Of a stretch of 64,000 nt of DNA, positions 1 through 8,508 are shown piece after piece. This stretch comes from Candidatus Omnitrophota bacterium. GTDB lineage: Bacteria; Omnitrophota; Omnitrophia; Omnitrophales; Aquincolibacteriaceae. The stretch covers positions 50,208-114,207 of the forward strand of contig JBAYGD010000005.1 of the NCBI GenBank assembly GCA_041666865.1. The letters are read 5' to 3'. The position numbers and the translations under genes are program-made. The first letter of the stretch is position 1. The number at the start of each line of letters is the position of its first letter. The notes beneath the pieces were generated by a model, which did not search any database, was not told the DNA's origin, and saw only the letters and a program-made list of their open reading frames with translations.

Positions 1-2423
1 GCCGAGCGCGAGGCGTCGATCGCCGCATTGCCGCCTCCGACCACCACCACCTTTTTTCCGACCGGCACTGATCCCCGAATATTGTATTGTTTGAGAAAAG
101 CCCCCGCCTGGACCACGCCCTCGGCGTCCTCGCCCACGACCCCAAGATTGAGATTTTGAGGCGCTCCGACACCGAGAAAAATCAGCTCAAACCCCTGATC
201 GCGCAGCTGCTGAATCGTAAAATCCTTGCCGAGCGTCTTGCCCGTCTGGATATCGACTCCAAGCTGTTCGATCATGCGGATCTCCCGGGCCACGGTCTCC
301 CGAGGAAGCCGGTAAGCAGGAATCATCTGGACCAGCATGCCGCCGGGCCGGGGCTCGGACTCGAACACCACCGGGCGGTAACCGAGGCGGGCCAGAAAAT
401 AAGCACAGGAAAGTCCGGCCGGTCCGGCCCCGACGATCGCGATTTTTCTGGAAGCGTTTTTCTCGTCCTGGCGGGACTCGGGGAGTTGGATTGTCACCTC
501 TTGATCGACCATGAAGCGTTTGACCGCGCGGATCGCGACAGGCGAATCCAGGGTCGAGCGGCGGCATTTTTCTTCGCAAGTATGAAAGCACACCCGCGCG
601 CAAACTGCCGCGAAGGGATTTCTTTCCCGGTGCAGTTTCAGCGCCTCGGCATACCTTTTTTCGCCGACAAGCGACACAAACCCGGGGACGTCCACACACG
701 CCGGGCAAGCGCTCTGACAGGAGGCGCGAACGAGCGAAGGGCAAACTCCGGCCTCACAGTGCCGGTCACGGATATGCTGTTCGTATTCTTCGCGGAAATG
801 ACGGATCGTCGACAAAACGGGATTAGGGGCCGTCTGCCCGAGGCCGCAAAGCGACGTATCCTTGATTTGAAGCCCAAGCTCAATCAGCCGCTCGATATCC
901 CCCTGCTCGCCCTGGCCCGAACAAATCCGTTCGACAATTTCGAGCATGCGCTTCGTGCCGACCCGGCACGGGACGCATTTCCCGCACGACTCCTCCTGCA
1001 CAAACTCGAGAAAAAAACGCGCCATATCGACCATGCAGGTGTCGTCGTCCATGACGATGAGGCCGCCGGAGCCCATGATGGCACTGAGCTCTTCGAGCGT
1101 TTTGTAGTCGAGCGGCACGCTCAGATGCTGTTTTGGGATGCATCCGCCGGAAGGTCCGCCCATCTGGGCCGCTTTGAACGTCTTGCCGCCTTTGACGCCG
1201 CCGCCGATGTCGTAGATCAGCTCGCCGAGCGAAGTCCCGATCGGAACCTCGACGAGGCCGGTGTTTTTGACCGAACCGGCCAGCGCGAAGACCTTCGTCC
1301 CCTTGCTCTGGTCCGTCCCGTAAGAAGCATACCAATCCGCTCCCTTGAGCAAAATCACGGGAACGTTCGCGTAGGTTTCGACATTATTCAGAAGGCTGGG
1401 CTTTCCCCAAAGCCCCTTGACAGCGGGAAAAGGCGGCCGCGGCCGGGGCTCCCCGCGCTTGCCTTCAATAGAATTCATGAGGGCCGTCTCCTCGCCGCAA
1501 ACGAACGCCCCCGATCCCATTCGGATTTCGAGGTCGAATTTGAAACCGGTGCCGAGGATATTTTCTCCGAGAAGCCCAGCCTGCCTTGCCTGTTCGATCG
1601 CTTTCGTGAGGCGCGACACCGCAAGAGGGTATTCGGCGCGCACATAGACGAAACCGCGCTCAGCCCCGATCGCAAAAGCCGCGATCGCCATGCCCTCCAT
1701 AACGCTATGAGGATCCCCTTCCAGGACACTGCGGTCCATGAACGCTCCGGGGTCTCCTTCGTCCGCATTGCAAAGCACGTATTTGACGGGGCCTTCCGAT
1801 TTGCGGGTAAATTCCCACTTGAGGCCCGTCGGAAATCCTGCGCCCCCGCGCCCGCGCAGGCCCGACTTTTTCATCTCGTCGACGACCGCTCCGGGGTTGG
1901 CAGCCGTCAGAACCTTCGCAAGGGCCTGATATCCGTCCTGGCCGATGTATTCGTCGATCCTCAAGGGATCGATTCTTCCGCAGTTCCTGAGGACGATCTT
2001 GACCTGGGTCGCAAAAAAATCGTTTTCGCTCAAAGAGGCCGCCGGCTTGTCGCCTTTGGCATTGCGGTGAATCAAGCGCTGGACGATCCTGCCGTGCCCA
2101 AGGTGCTCCTCGACGATCTCCTCGACGTCGTTCACCGAGACCTCCTCATAGAGAGTTTCCCCGGGCTGAACGACCATGACAGGCCCCTTCGCGCACGGCC
2201 CCAGACATCCGGTCTCGACGATCCGGACACTCATGCCGCGTTCGCGCATTTTTTCCTCGAGGCGCTTTTTGATATCCATCGCCCCGGAGGCAATGCACCC
2301 GGCCCCCGAGCACAAAAGGATCTGGGGCTTGGAGGCATTCCTCTCCTTCTCCTCCAGGACCCTCGCGCGGACCCGGTTCAAATCGTCGACCGATCGAATC
2401 ACCTGCGGTTCAGTCGCACTCAT
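1..2423 (-). CDS. NuoF-like flavoprotein (HndC/HydB-type, N-terminal thioredoxin-like [2Fe-2S] domain, C-terminal 2x[4Fe-4S]) fused in frame to an NfnB/GltD-like FAD/NAD(P)H oxidoreductase domain; 3' end runs off the window
   Basis: Not in the ORF track because it has no in-window stop. Manual minus-strand translation from the ATG at 2423-2421 (ATGA overlap with the stop of the NuoE-like gene) gives MSATEPQVIRSVDDLNRVRARVLEEKERNASKPQILLCSGAGCIASGAMDIKKRLEEKMRERGMSVRIVETGCLGPCAKGPVMVVQPGETLYEEVSVNDVEEIVEEHL... The same frame (codon low ends at multiples of 3) at 811..1 reads ...TIRHFREEYEQHIRDRHCEAGVCPSLVRASCQSACPACVDVPGFVSLVGEKRYAEALKLHRERNPFAAVCARVCFHTCEEKCRRSTLDSPVAIRAVKRFMVDQEVTIQLPESRQDEKNASRKIAIVGAGPAGLSCAYFLARLGYRPVVFESEPRPGGMLVQMIPAYRLPRETVAREIRMIEQLGVDIQTGK...GKKVVVVGGGNAAIDASRSA with no stop. 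These are a GltD-type Cys-rich N-terminus, an FAD Rossmann site and an NADPH Rossmann site. The stretch 2100..811 was not translated base by base. The 788-aa plus-strand ORF 87..2453 is its antisense shadow. Confidence 0.7.
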   Translation of the reverse strand, partial: MSATEPQVIRSVDDLNRVRARVLEEKERNASKPQILLCSGAGCIASGAMDIKKRLEEKMRERGMSVRIVETGCLGPCAKGPVMVVQPGETLYEEVSVNDVEEIVEEHLGHGRIVQRLIHRNAKGDKPAASLSENDFFATQVKIVLRNCGRIDPLRIDEYIGQDGYQALAKVLTAANPGAVVDEMKKSGLRGRGGAGFPTGLKWEFTRKSEGPVKYVLCNADEGDPGAFMDRSVLEGDPHSVMEGMAIAAFAIGAERGFVYVRAEYPLAVSRLTKAIEQARQAGLLGENILGTGFKFDLEIRMGSGAFVCGEETALMNSIEGKRGEPRPRPPFPAVKGLWGKPSLLNNVETYANVPVILLKGADWYASYGTDQSKGTKVFALAGSVKNTGLVEVPIGTSLGELIYDIGGGVKGGKTFKAAQMGGPSGGCIPKQHLSVPLDYKTLEELSAIMGSGGLIVMDDDTCMVDMARFFLEFVQEESCGKCVPCRVGTKRMLEIVERICSGQGEQGDIERLIELGLQIKDTSLCGLGQTAPNPVLSTIRHFREEYEQHIRDRHCEAGVCPSLVRASCQSACPACVDVPGFVSLVGEKRYAEALKLHRERNPFAAVCARVCFHTCEEKCRRSTLDSPVAIRAVKRFMVDQEVTIQLPESRQDEKNASRKIAIVGAGPAGLSCAYFLARLGYRPVVFESEPRPGGMLVQMIPAYRLPRETVAREIRMIEQLGVDIQTGKTLGKDFTIQQLRDQGFELIFLGVGAPQNLNLGVVGEDAEGVVQAGAFLKQYNIRGSVPVGKKVVVVGGGNAAIDASRS

Positions 2424-2974
2424 GAGACGGCCTTGACCTCCCTGCTTTCATAAGGATTCAAAAGCTCCTTGATTTTCGCCGGCTTCACCCTCTGATGGAC
2501 GTCGTCATTAATCATGACGGCGGGAGCAAGCCCGCAGGCGCCGAAGCAGCGGCCGACCTCGAGCGAAAAATTGCGGTCCGCGGTCGTCTCCCCGACATTG
2601 ATCGCCAGATGTTTCTTCATCCCTTCGAGCACTTCCTTGCCTCCCCGCACGTAACAGGCGGTCCCAAGGCAGACCCGAACGACGTTTTTGCCCCGCGGCA
2701 CAGTCGAAAAAAAAGAATAAAAGGAAACGACTCCGGCCACTTCACTGTAAGGGATGTTGAGCCGCTCGCTGATGCGCTTGAGGACCTTCTCGGGGAGATA
2801 ACCGAAGAGGTTTTGCGCCGTCTGGAGCACGGGGATAAGCGCCCCGTCGGTTTTCGCGTAGCTCGCGATCACTTCTTCGAGGCGGCTCAGCAAATCTTCT
2901 TCGGTCGTCTCGCAGGGGCACTGCGTCGCACTTTGAGGCACCGGATTTTCAACCCGCTTGGCTTCGTGAGTCAT
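2420..2974 (-). CDS. NuoE/HndA-like 24-kDa [2Fe-2S] thioredoxin-like subunit of an NADH-dependent flavin oxidoreductase
   Basis: 184 aa. The segment ...GKNVVRVCLGTACYVRGGKEVLEGMKKHLAINVGETTADRNFSLEVGRCFGACGLAPAVMINDDVHQRVKPAKIKELL is the classic NuoE/HoxE/HydC signature. Its stop overlaps the start of the NuoF-like fusion gene. Confidence 0.85.
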   Translation of the reverse strand: MTHEAKRVENPVPQSATQCPCETTEEDLLSRLEEVIASYAKTDGALIPVLQTAQNLFGYLPEKVLKRISERLNIPYSEVAGVVSFYSFFSTVPRGKNVVRVCLGTACYVRGGKEVLEGMKKHLAINVGETTADRNFSLEVGRCFGACGLAPAVMINDDVHQRVKPAKIKELLNPYESREVKAVS

Positions 2975-2996
2975 TCGAAACTCTCCTCAAAAAAAA

Positions 2997-3338
2997 CTAC
3001 CCTTTTAAATCTTCGATCGCCTTCTCCACAAACGTCACATAAGTCATCACGCTCGAACCGCCGACGAGGACGGCGACCATGCAAGCCTCGAGCATCTCCT
3101 CACGGCTCCACCCGAGCGTAAGGCAGTGCTCGACGGCACGCGGAATACAGACCGGGCATTTCAGACTGACGCCGGCCACCAGCAACATGAGCCATTTGGT
3201 CTTTTCCGGAATTTTACCGCTTTTGAGCGCCGCATGCTTTTCGGCAATCAAGGCGTCATACGAGCCCGGAACCGCGCTCCGGACATTGGTCATCAACCGG
3301 TTAAACTCGGACAATATTTTTTTCGGCTGGTATTCCAT
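2997..3338 (-). CDS. carboxymuconolactone decarboxylase / AhpD-like family protein
   Basis: 113 aa. AhpD-like fold pattern with Cys/His motif ...LKCPVCIPRAVEHCLTLGWSREEM... Lies between rex and the NuoE-like gene. Confidence 0.6.
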   Translation of the reverse strand: MEYQPKKILSEFNRLMTNVRSAVPGSYDALIAEKHAALKSGKIPEKTKWLMLLVAGVSLKCPVCIPRAVEHCLTLGWSREEMLEACMVAVLVGGSSVMTYVTFVEKAIEDLKG

Positions 3339-3362
3339 TGCGGCCCCCCTTCTCCGGTAGTC

Positions 3363-3980
3363 TTACTTATGGATTTCGCAAAAAAGCGATAAAAACTCGA
3401 TTGTCAGATCGATGTCTTTGACCCGGACTTCGGCCGGCACGCTGACCGAGGCCGGGGAAAAATTGACGATCCCCCTCAGCCCGGCAAGCACCATAAGATC
3501 CGCGACATCCTGGGAAAAACCCTGCGGCACGGCAATGATGCCGATATTGGCCCGCGTTTTCCGAATAATCTGCGGCGCCCGCTCAAAGGGATACACCGTC
3601 ACAAGTCCGACCTTTTTCCCGATCTTCTGGGGTTCCACGTCAAAGGCGGCCACGACCCGGATGCGGTCCTTCAGAAATCCCGGATATTTCAAAATCGCGG
3701 TGCCGAGGTTGCCCACCCCGAAAAGCGCGATCCTCAGCATGTCGTCCTGGAGGACGAAGTCCTCCAAAACATTTTTCAACTCCGCCGTCCGGTAACCGAT
3801 CCTGGGGCGCCCCACCTTGCCGAAGCTCGAAATGTCCTTGCGGATCTGGACGTCCGTGACGCCGGTGACCGCCGCAAGCTCTTTGGAGGAGACCAGCCGG
3901 TGTTTTTGCTTGATCAAATTCTCCAGGGCCCGGATGTAGCGCAGCGCCCTTGACACGGTTTTCTGCGAGATCTTCGTCAT
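3363..3980 (-). CDS. rex: redox-sensing transcriptional repressor Rex
   Basis: 205 aa. N-terminal winged-helix region (SRALRYIRALENLIKQ...LAAVTGVTDVQIRKDIS) followed by a Rossmann NADH-binding domain (LFGVGNLGTAIL...VVAAFDV...IGIIAVP). Confidence 0.9.
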   Translation of the reverse strand: MTKISQKTVSRALRYIRALENLIKQKHRLVSSKELAAVTGVTDVQIRKDISSFGKVGRPRIGYRTAELKNVLEDFVLQDDMLRIALFGVGNLGTAILKYPGFLKDRIRVVAAFDVEPQKIGKKVGLVTVYPFERAPQIIRKTRANIGIIAVPQGFSQDVADLMVLAGLRGIVNFSPASVSVPAEVRVKDIDLTIEFLSLFCEIHK

Positions 3981-4096
3981 GCCGGAACGGCCGTATGCCT
4001 TTTCAATCGTGATAAACGGAACAATTGGGAAATAATTGTATCACACCGCGGCAGGGACACAACAAAAAAATGCAAGCCGGCCGGAAAGCGTTTAGC

Positions 4097-5497
4097 TTAC
4101 CACTGGCCCGTGCGGAGATAGTCGTCGATGGAGCGCGCGGCCTTGCGCCCCGCCCCCATGGCCTCGATCACCGTCGCAGCGCCCGTGACGATGTCGCCTC
4201 CGGCCCAGACGCCCTTCTTGGTCGTTTTTCCGATGGCAGGGTCCGCGACGATGTAGCCGTACTTATTGGTCTCGAGCCCGTGCGTGGAACGCGGCACGAG
4301 TGGGCTGGCGCCGGTCCCGACGGCCACAATGACCATGTCCACCGCCCGTTTGAATTCGGAACCTTGAACGGCCACGGGACGCCGCCTGCCGGACGCGTCC
4401 GGCTCGCCGAGCTCCATGCGAATAAGTTCCATGGCGTTCACGCGCCCTTTCTCGTCGCCCAAGTAGCGGACGGGACTCATGAGGAAATCGAAAAAGATGC
4501 CCTCTTCTTCCGCATTTTCCACTTCTTCTTTCCGCGCGGGAACTTCCTGACGGCTCCGCCGGTAAACGATATGGACCTCTTCGGCCCCGAGGCGCAAAGC
4601 GCAGCGCGCGGCGTCCATGGCCACGTTGCCGGCCCCGACGACGGCGACCTGACGGCCGACTTGCACCGGGGTATCGTAAGACGGAAACCGGTAAGCCTTC
4701 ATCAGGTTGACACGGGTCAAAAATTCATTCGCCGAATACACGCCGGCAAGATTCTCGCCCGGGAGATTCATAAAAGACGGCAGGCCCGCCCCGAGCCCGA
4801 GAAAAACGGCATCGTATCCCATCTCGAAAAAATCATCCACCGTCGCGGTCCGGGCCGCGATGAAATCGAATTGAAACTCCACTCCCAGTTTTTCCAGAAC
4901 CTCGCACTCGCGCGCAACGATCGCCTTGGGCAGCCGGAACTCCGGGATCCCGTAAACAAGAACCCCGCCGGCCTTGTGAAGAGCCTCGAAGATCGTTACC
5001 TTATGACCAAGCTTGGCCAATTCCCCCGCCACGGTCAGGCCCGCCGGCCCGGACCCGACGACCGCCACTTTGCGGCCGGTCGGCGAGAGCTGTTCGGGCT
5101 TCGGGACCTTGCCTTGCCTGATTTCCCAGTCGGCCACAAAGCGTTCGAGGCGCCCGATCGCAACAGGCTCGTGTTTTTTCCCGACCACGCAGCGCGCTTC
5201 GCACTGCTCTTCCTGAGGGCACACCCGCCCGCAAATTCCGGGTAAAAAATTAGTTTCACGGACCTTGGCCAAGGCGCTTTCGAAGTCGCCGGTCGCCACC
5301 AGCTTGACGAATTCGGGAATCTTGATTTCGACGGGACACCCTTCGATGCACAGGGGTTTTTTGCACTGGATGCAGCGCTCCGCCTCGAGCTTGGCCTGCT
5401 CGGGAGTATATCCCGTGGCCACTTCGTCGTAATTACGGCGGCGTTCGCCGGGCTCCTGCTTGGGCATCTCCTGACGCGGAATTTTGAAATTCGCCAT
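4097..5497 (-). CDS. nfnB: NADH-dependent reduced ferredoxin:NADP+ oxidoreductase large subunit NfnB (GltD/SudA-like; 2x[4Fe-4S], FAD, NADPH)
   Basis: 466 aa. Cys clusters at the N-terminus (CIQCKKPLCIEGCPV..., ICGRVCPQEEQCEARC). FAD site VAVVGSGPAGLTVAGELAKLGHKVTIFE. NADPH site VAVVGAGNVAMDAARCALRLGA. Confidence 0.88.
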   Translation of the reverse strand: MANFKIPRQEMPKQEPGERRRNYDEVATGYTPEQAKLEAERCIQCKKPLCIEGCPVEIKIPEFVKLVATGDFESALAKVRETNFLPGICGRVCPQEEQCEARCVVGKKHEPVAIGRLERFVADWEIRQGKVPKPEQLSPTGRKVAVVGSGPAGLTVAGELAKLGHKVTIFEALHKAGGVLVYGIPEFRLPKAIVARECEVLEKLGVEFQFDFIAARTATVDDFFEMGYDAVFLGLGAGLPSFMNLPGENLAGVYSANEFLTRVNLMKAYRFPSYDTPVQVGRQVAVVGAGNVAMDAARCALRLGAEEVHIVYRRSRQEVPARKEEVENAEEEGIFFDFLMSPVRYLGDEKGRVNAMELIRMELGEPDASGRRRPVAVQGSEFKRAVDMVIVAVGTGASPLVPRSTHGLETNKYGYIVADPAIGKTTKKGVWAGGDIVTGAATVIEAMGAGRKAARSIDDYLRTGQW

Positions 5498-5503
5498 GGT
5501 CCC

Positions 5504-6355
5504 TTATTCCTTTATGTTCGCAAGATAACACTGATGGGAATGCTTCTCTTCCTTCTGATACGCTCCCAACCGCTGGATCAGGAGGTCAAAATTGATCTGG
5601 TGGCCGTCGAATTCCGGTCCGTCGACGCAGGTGTAACGCGTTTCATTGCCGACCTCGACGCGGCACCCTCCGCACATCCCGGTCCCGTCGATCATGATTG
5701 TATTGAGCGATACGAGCGTTCGGATCCCGGAAGGCCGGGTGACGTTGCAGACATTCTTCATCATGATGACGGGCCCCACGGCCACAACTTCCACAATCGG
5801 CCGTCCCTGCTCGAGATGGCTCTTGAGCTCGTCGGTCACGAACCCTTTGCGGCCGTAGCTTCCGTCATCGGTCGTGACGTAGACTTCGTCAGCGAAAGAG
5901 CGGAATTCCTTCTCTAGGATGACGATGTCGCGTGAGCGTGCGCCCAAAATGATCACGGTCTTGTTGCCGCTTTCCTTGTGCGCCCTGGCAATCGGAAGAA
6001 TTTCGGCGGCCCCGACCCCGCCCCCGATAAGAAAAACTTCTCCGCCGAGCTTCTCAAGCGGCGTCGGATGCCCCAGCGGACCCGCAACATTGGCAATCGC
6101 ATCCCCGGCCTTGAGGTTCCCCATCTCGGTCGTGGTCTTGCCAAGGGCCTGGACATAGACCGTAATGGTGCCGGCCGCAGAATCGGCGTCGGCAATCGTG
6201 ATCGGAAATCTCTCGCCTTCTTCGTGCAGGCGAAAAATGACGAATTGGCCGGGCTTGCGTTTGCGCGCGATCAAGGGAGCTTCGATGACGAAGCGGTTGA
6301 CCACGGGGTTGACTTTTTCCTTTTCGAGAATCCGGTACATGGTTTTTCCTTTCAA
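5504..6355 (-). CDS. nfnA: NfnA / sulfide dehydrogenase beta-like subunit (FAD and [2Fe-2S], dihydroorotate dehydrogenase electron-transfer subunit family)
   Basis: 283 aa. C-terminal Cys motif ...GTGMCGGCRVEVGNETRYTCVDGPEF is typical of PyrK/NfnA. Lies 6 bp upstream of nfnB. Confidence 0.85.
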   Translation of the reverse strand: MKGKTMYRILEKEKVNPVVNRFVIEAPLIARKRKPGQFVIFRLHEEGERFPITIADADSAAGTITVYVQALGKTTTEMGNLKAGDAIANVAGPLGHPTPLEKLGGEVFLIGGGVGAAEILPIARAHKESGNKTVIILGARSRDIVILEKEFRSFADEVYVTTDDGSYGRKGFVTDELKSHLEQGRPIVEVVAVGPVIMMKNVCNVTRPSGIRTLVSLNTIMIDGTGMCGGCRVEVGNETRYTCVDGPEFDGHQINFDLLIQRLGAYQKEEKHSHQCYLANIKE

Positions 6356-6373
6356 AAAAGCCGGGGCTGCCCG

Positions 6374-6805
6374 CTACCCGGCAGAAATGTAGTTGCCTAG
6401 TTCGCTGATGGTAAACTGCTGGTGGGCGATGATCTTTTTGACGATGTCACCGATGGAAACGACCCCGATGACGCGCTGATTCTGTAAAACCGGAAGATGG
6501 CGGATGCGCTTGTCGGTCATGAGCGCCAGGCATTCTTCCGTTGTTCTTTCCGGCGTAACGCCCATGACGGTCGTCGTCATGAGTTCACGGACTTTCATGG
6601 CTTTTGGGGACCGGGCGTCTTCGAGGACCTGCCGGCAGTAGTCCCTTTCCGAAAAAATTCCGGCGACGCTGTCACCGTCGAGAACGAGCAAGGCCCCGAC
6701 ATTTTTTTCGGCCATCAGTTCAAGTGCTTTCAAAACGGAATCGTCCGGACCAACTGACAAAACTTTGTTTCCCTTGTCTTTCAGAATGTCATGGACCGTA
6801 TTCAT
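6374..6805 (-). CDS. CBS-pair domain protein
   Basis: 143 aa. Two CBS-like repeats (...VGALLVLDGDSVAGIFSERD... and ...IRHLPVLQNQRVIGVVSIGDIVK...). Lies 18 bp upstream of nfnA. Confidence 0.75.
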   Translation of the reverse strand: MNTVHDILKDKGNKVLSVGPDDSVLKALELMAEKNVGALLVLDGDSVAGIFSERDYCRQVLEDARSPKAMKVRELMTTTVMGVTPERTTEECLALMTDKRIRHLPVLQNQRVIGVVSIGDIVKKIIAHQQFTISELGNYISAG

Positions 6806-6903
6806 AAGCTCCCCCTATGCCGTTGGGTGATTTTCGTGAATTATAACCCGAAGGCACCTTGCCTGGCCAGAATTCATTGTTTACAGGGGCATGGCCCCTT
6901 TGT

Positions 6904-7575
6904 CTACACCTCTAAAAACAGAACGGCCGCCGCGCAAAAGAAAATCACCACTCCCGCCAAAGCATGCCTGAAGCGTCCGAGCGGCACAAAGGAAAACCGG
7001 CTCAATCCGTAGACCCCGGCCGCCGTCAGTCCGAGCATAGTCCCGACGGTAGTGCCCCCAAAGACAATCGTCACGGCCCACATTTCCCATAAGTTTTGCC
7101 GGGCCGCAGGGATCATGACCAGAGGAATCAGGGGTTCGCAGGGCCCCAAAACAAAAATCACGAAGAGGGACCAGGGCAGTCCTTGCGCAAGCTTTCGGCG
7201 CACGGTTCTTCGGGGCAGTACAACACGGGCGTTTTCTGTGCGAAATAGGATTCCGAAAGCTTTTCGCATCCCGTAAACCAGATAAACAATCCCGAAGATC
7301 AAGAGGGCCCAACCGGCCCAGGCCCCGCGGACAGACTCGAGGGCCTCGAGCCGCATCATCTTCCACCCGAAACGCATCCCAAGAAGGCCTAGCAACACCG
7401 AAGCGCCGATATGCCCGCATCCGCATAGGGCAGTAACGGCAAACGTCTTGGCAAACGGCCACTTTCGCGCCTTGGCCATCACGATAAAAGGGACGGTGTG
7501 GTCGGGGCCCAAGAGGACATGGAAGAAGCCCAGGGAGACCGCCGCAGTCAGCAGGACACAGAATTCATGAGTCAT
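6904..7575 (-). CDS. polytopic membrane protein, putative Ni/Co-type metal transporter (NicO/HupE-UreJ-like, H-x5-DH motif)
   Basis: 223 aa with about 6 hydrophobic helices. Motif FHVLLGPDHTVP near the N-terminus plus conserved Cys/His (CGCGHIG). The family assignment comes from motif memory only. Confidence 0.4.
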   Translation of the reverse strand: MTHEFCVLLTAAVSLGFFHVLLGPDHTVPFIVMAKARKWPFAKTFAVTALCGCGHIGASVLLGLLGMRFGWKMMRLEALESVRGAWAGWALLIFGIVYLVYGMRKAFGILFRTENARVVLPRRTVRRKLAQGLPWSLFVIFVLGPCEPLIPLVMIPAARQNLWEMWAVTIVFGGTTVGTMLGLTAAGVYGLSRFSFVPLGRFRHALAGVVIFFCAAAVLFLEV

Positions 7576-7635
7576 AGCGCTCCTCCTTCATGCATGAAAA
7601 GTGAAACAATCGGATGCCGGGAAACAGGCTGGATG

Positions 7636-7664
7636 AATTTAGCCGAGGCCTCCCGCATTTGCAA
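7636..7664 (-). promoter_or_regulatory. candidate sigma70-type promoter (TTGCAA-N17-TAAATT) for the metal transporter-like gene
   Basis: On the minus strand the -35 TTGCAA is at 7664-7659 and the -10 TAAATT at 7641-7636, with an exact 17-nt spacer. The RBS GAAGGAGG lies 6 nt before the ATG at 7575. Confidence 0.35.
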
Positions 7665-7830
7665 GAATCAAATTCACATGCTAGTGTTTAAGTAAGGGCA
7701 AATCCCCCTTCTTGTATCCAAGAGGGCATCCTCCGATGGGGATGGAGAAATCGGGAGACGCAAAGCCACAGTCCCTACCACCCGGGCGTTCCGGGTGCGG
7801 GAGGCTGGGTTGCCGGAAAGGAAGCTTTTC

Positions 7831-8289
7831 GTGATACCTGGGGTCAAAAGGTCGCTGATCACTCTGATGATCGTGTCAGTCCCTCTCGTTTCCGCCGAAC
7901 CTATTTCCAGCCTGCAGGAGACCCTGTCTCCTGCGCCGCAAATCCTGGTTCCCGCGGAAAAGCAGCCCGTCCGACCGAAAATATCTTCTCCGGGCCGAAC
8001 CGGCGTCGCGTCCTGGTACAGCCAGTCGGACCCCTTCATCAACTTGAGGACCGCCAACGGAGAAATCTTCGACGATAAGCAGATGACCTGCGCGTCATGG
8101 CATTTTCCCTTCGGAACCCGCCTCAAAGTCACCAACCTCAAGAACGGCAAGTCCGTCATCGTCATCGTCAATGACCGCGGTCCGGCCAAGCGGCTCAACC
8201 GCCTAATCGACCTGACCCGGGCAGCTTTCCGGAAAATTTCCGACACCCGCCAGGGCCTGATCCGGGTACGCGTCACAAGACTGAACTAG
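7831..8289 (+). CDS. RlpA-like double-psi beta-barrel lytic transglycosylase-type protein, secreted
   Basis: DPBB signature GVASWYSQ...GEIFDDKQMTCASWHFPFGTRLKVTNLKNGKSVIVIVNDRGPAKRLNRLIDLTRAAFRKI. Probable GTG start at 7831 after GGAAAGGAAG, followed by a signal-like VIPGVKRSLITLMIVSVPLVSA. The listed ORF starts at 7795. Confidence 0.7.
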   Translation: MIPGVKRSLITLMIVSVPLVSAEPISSLQETLSPAPQILVPAEKQPVRPKISSPGRTGVASWYSQSDPFINLRTANGEIFDDKQMTCASWHFPFGTRLKVTNLKNGKSVIVIVNDRGPAKRLNRLIDLTRAAFRKISDTRQGLIRVRVTRLN

Positions 8290-8292
8290 GCC

Positions 8293-8508
8293 CTAAGCGC
8301 GCGATCCCTTCTCTCGGTAAGTCTGCATAAAATGCTGGATCGAACGGTCGTAGGTCTTTTCGGCGTCCGGTGAGAAAAAACAGGCGGGAAGTTCCCCGTT
8401 GGCGCGGTGATAATGGAGGCAGTCGCAGCAGTTCCCCTTGCGCGCACAGGGCTCATAGGTGCAATGACAGCGCTTTTTATTGATTTGCAGTTTGCAATCC
8501 ACGCTCAT
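8293..8508 (-). CDS. small cysteine-rich protein (about 10 Cys in 71 aa), unknown function
   Basis: [45 protein letters not shown]... Its start overlaps the NlpC/P60 gene stop by 4 nt (ATGA), so the two are likely co-transcribed. Confidence 0.5.
   Translation of the reverse strand: MSVDCKLQINKKRCHCTYEPCARKGNCCDCLHYHRANGELPACFFSPDAEKTYDRSIQHFMQTYREKGSRA

Noticed and set aside
1-2423. Selenocysteine (in-frame TGA) or frameshift explaining the missing ORF call for the NuoF-like gene
   Set aside because: All segments translated manually (2423-2100 and 811-1) are stop-free in one frame. Omission is explained by the ORF running off the window edge, so there is no need to invoke recoding. The middle section was not checked exhaustively.
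87-2453. 788-aa plus-strand ORF, the longest ORF in the first 2.5 kb
   Set aside because: Arg/Asp/His-rich nonsense composition. It is codon-aligned antisense to a minus-strand gene whose manual translation gives clear NuoF-like and GltD-like motifs. The real gene is missing from the track only because it has no in-window stop.
3981-4096. Rex operator upstream of rex (inverted repeat ACAATT-N7-AATTGT, TTGTATCACA-like half sites)
   Set aside because: The match to the TTGTGAA-N6-TTCACAA consensus is too weak to call by eye. It is mentioned only as something to scan computationally.
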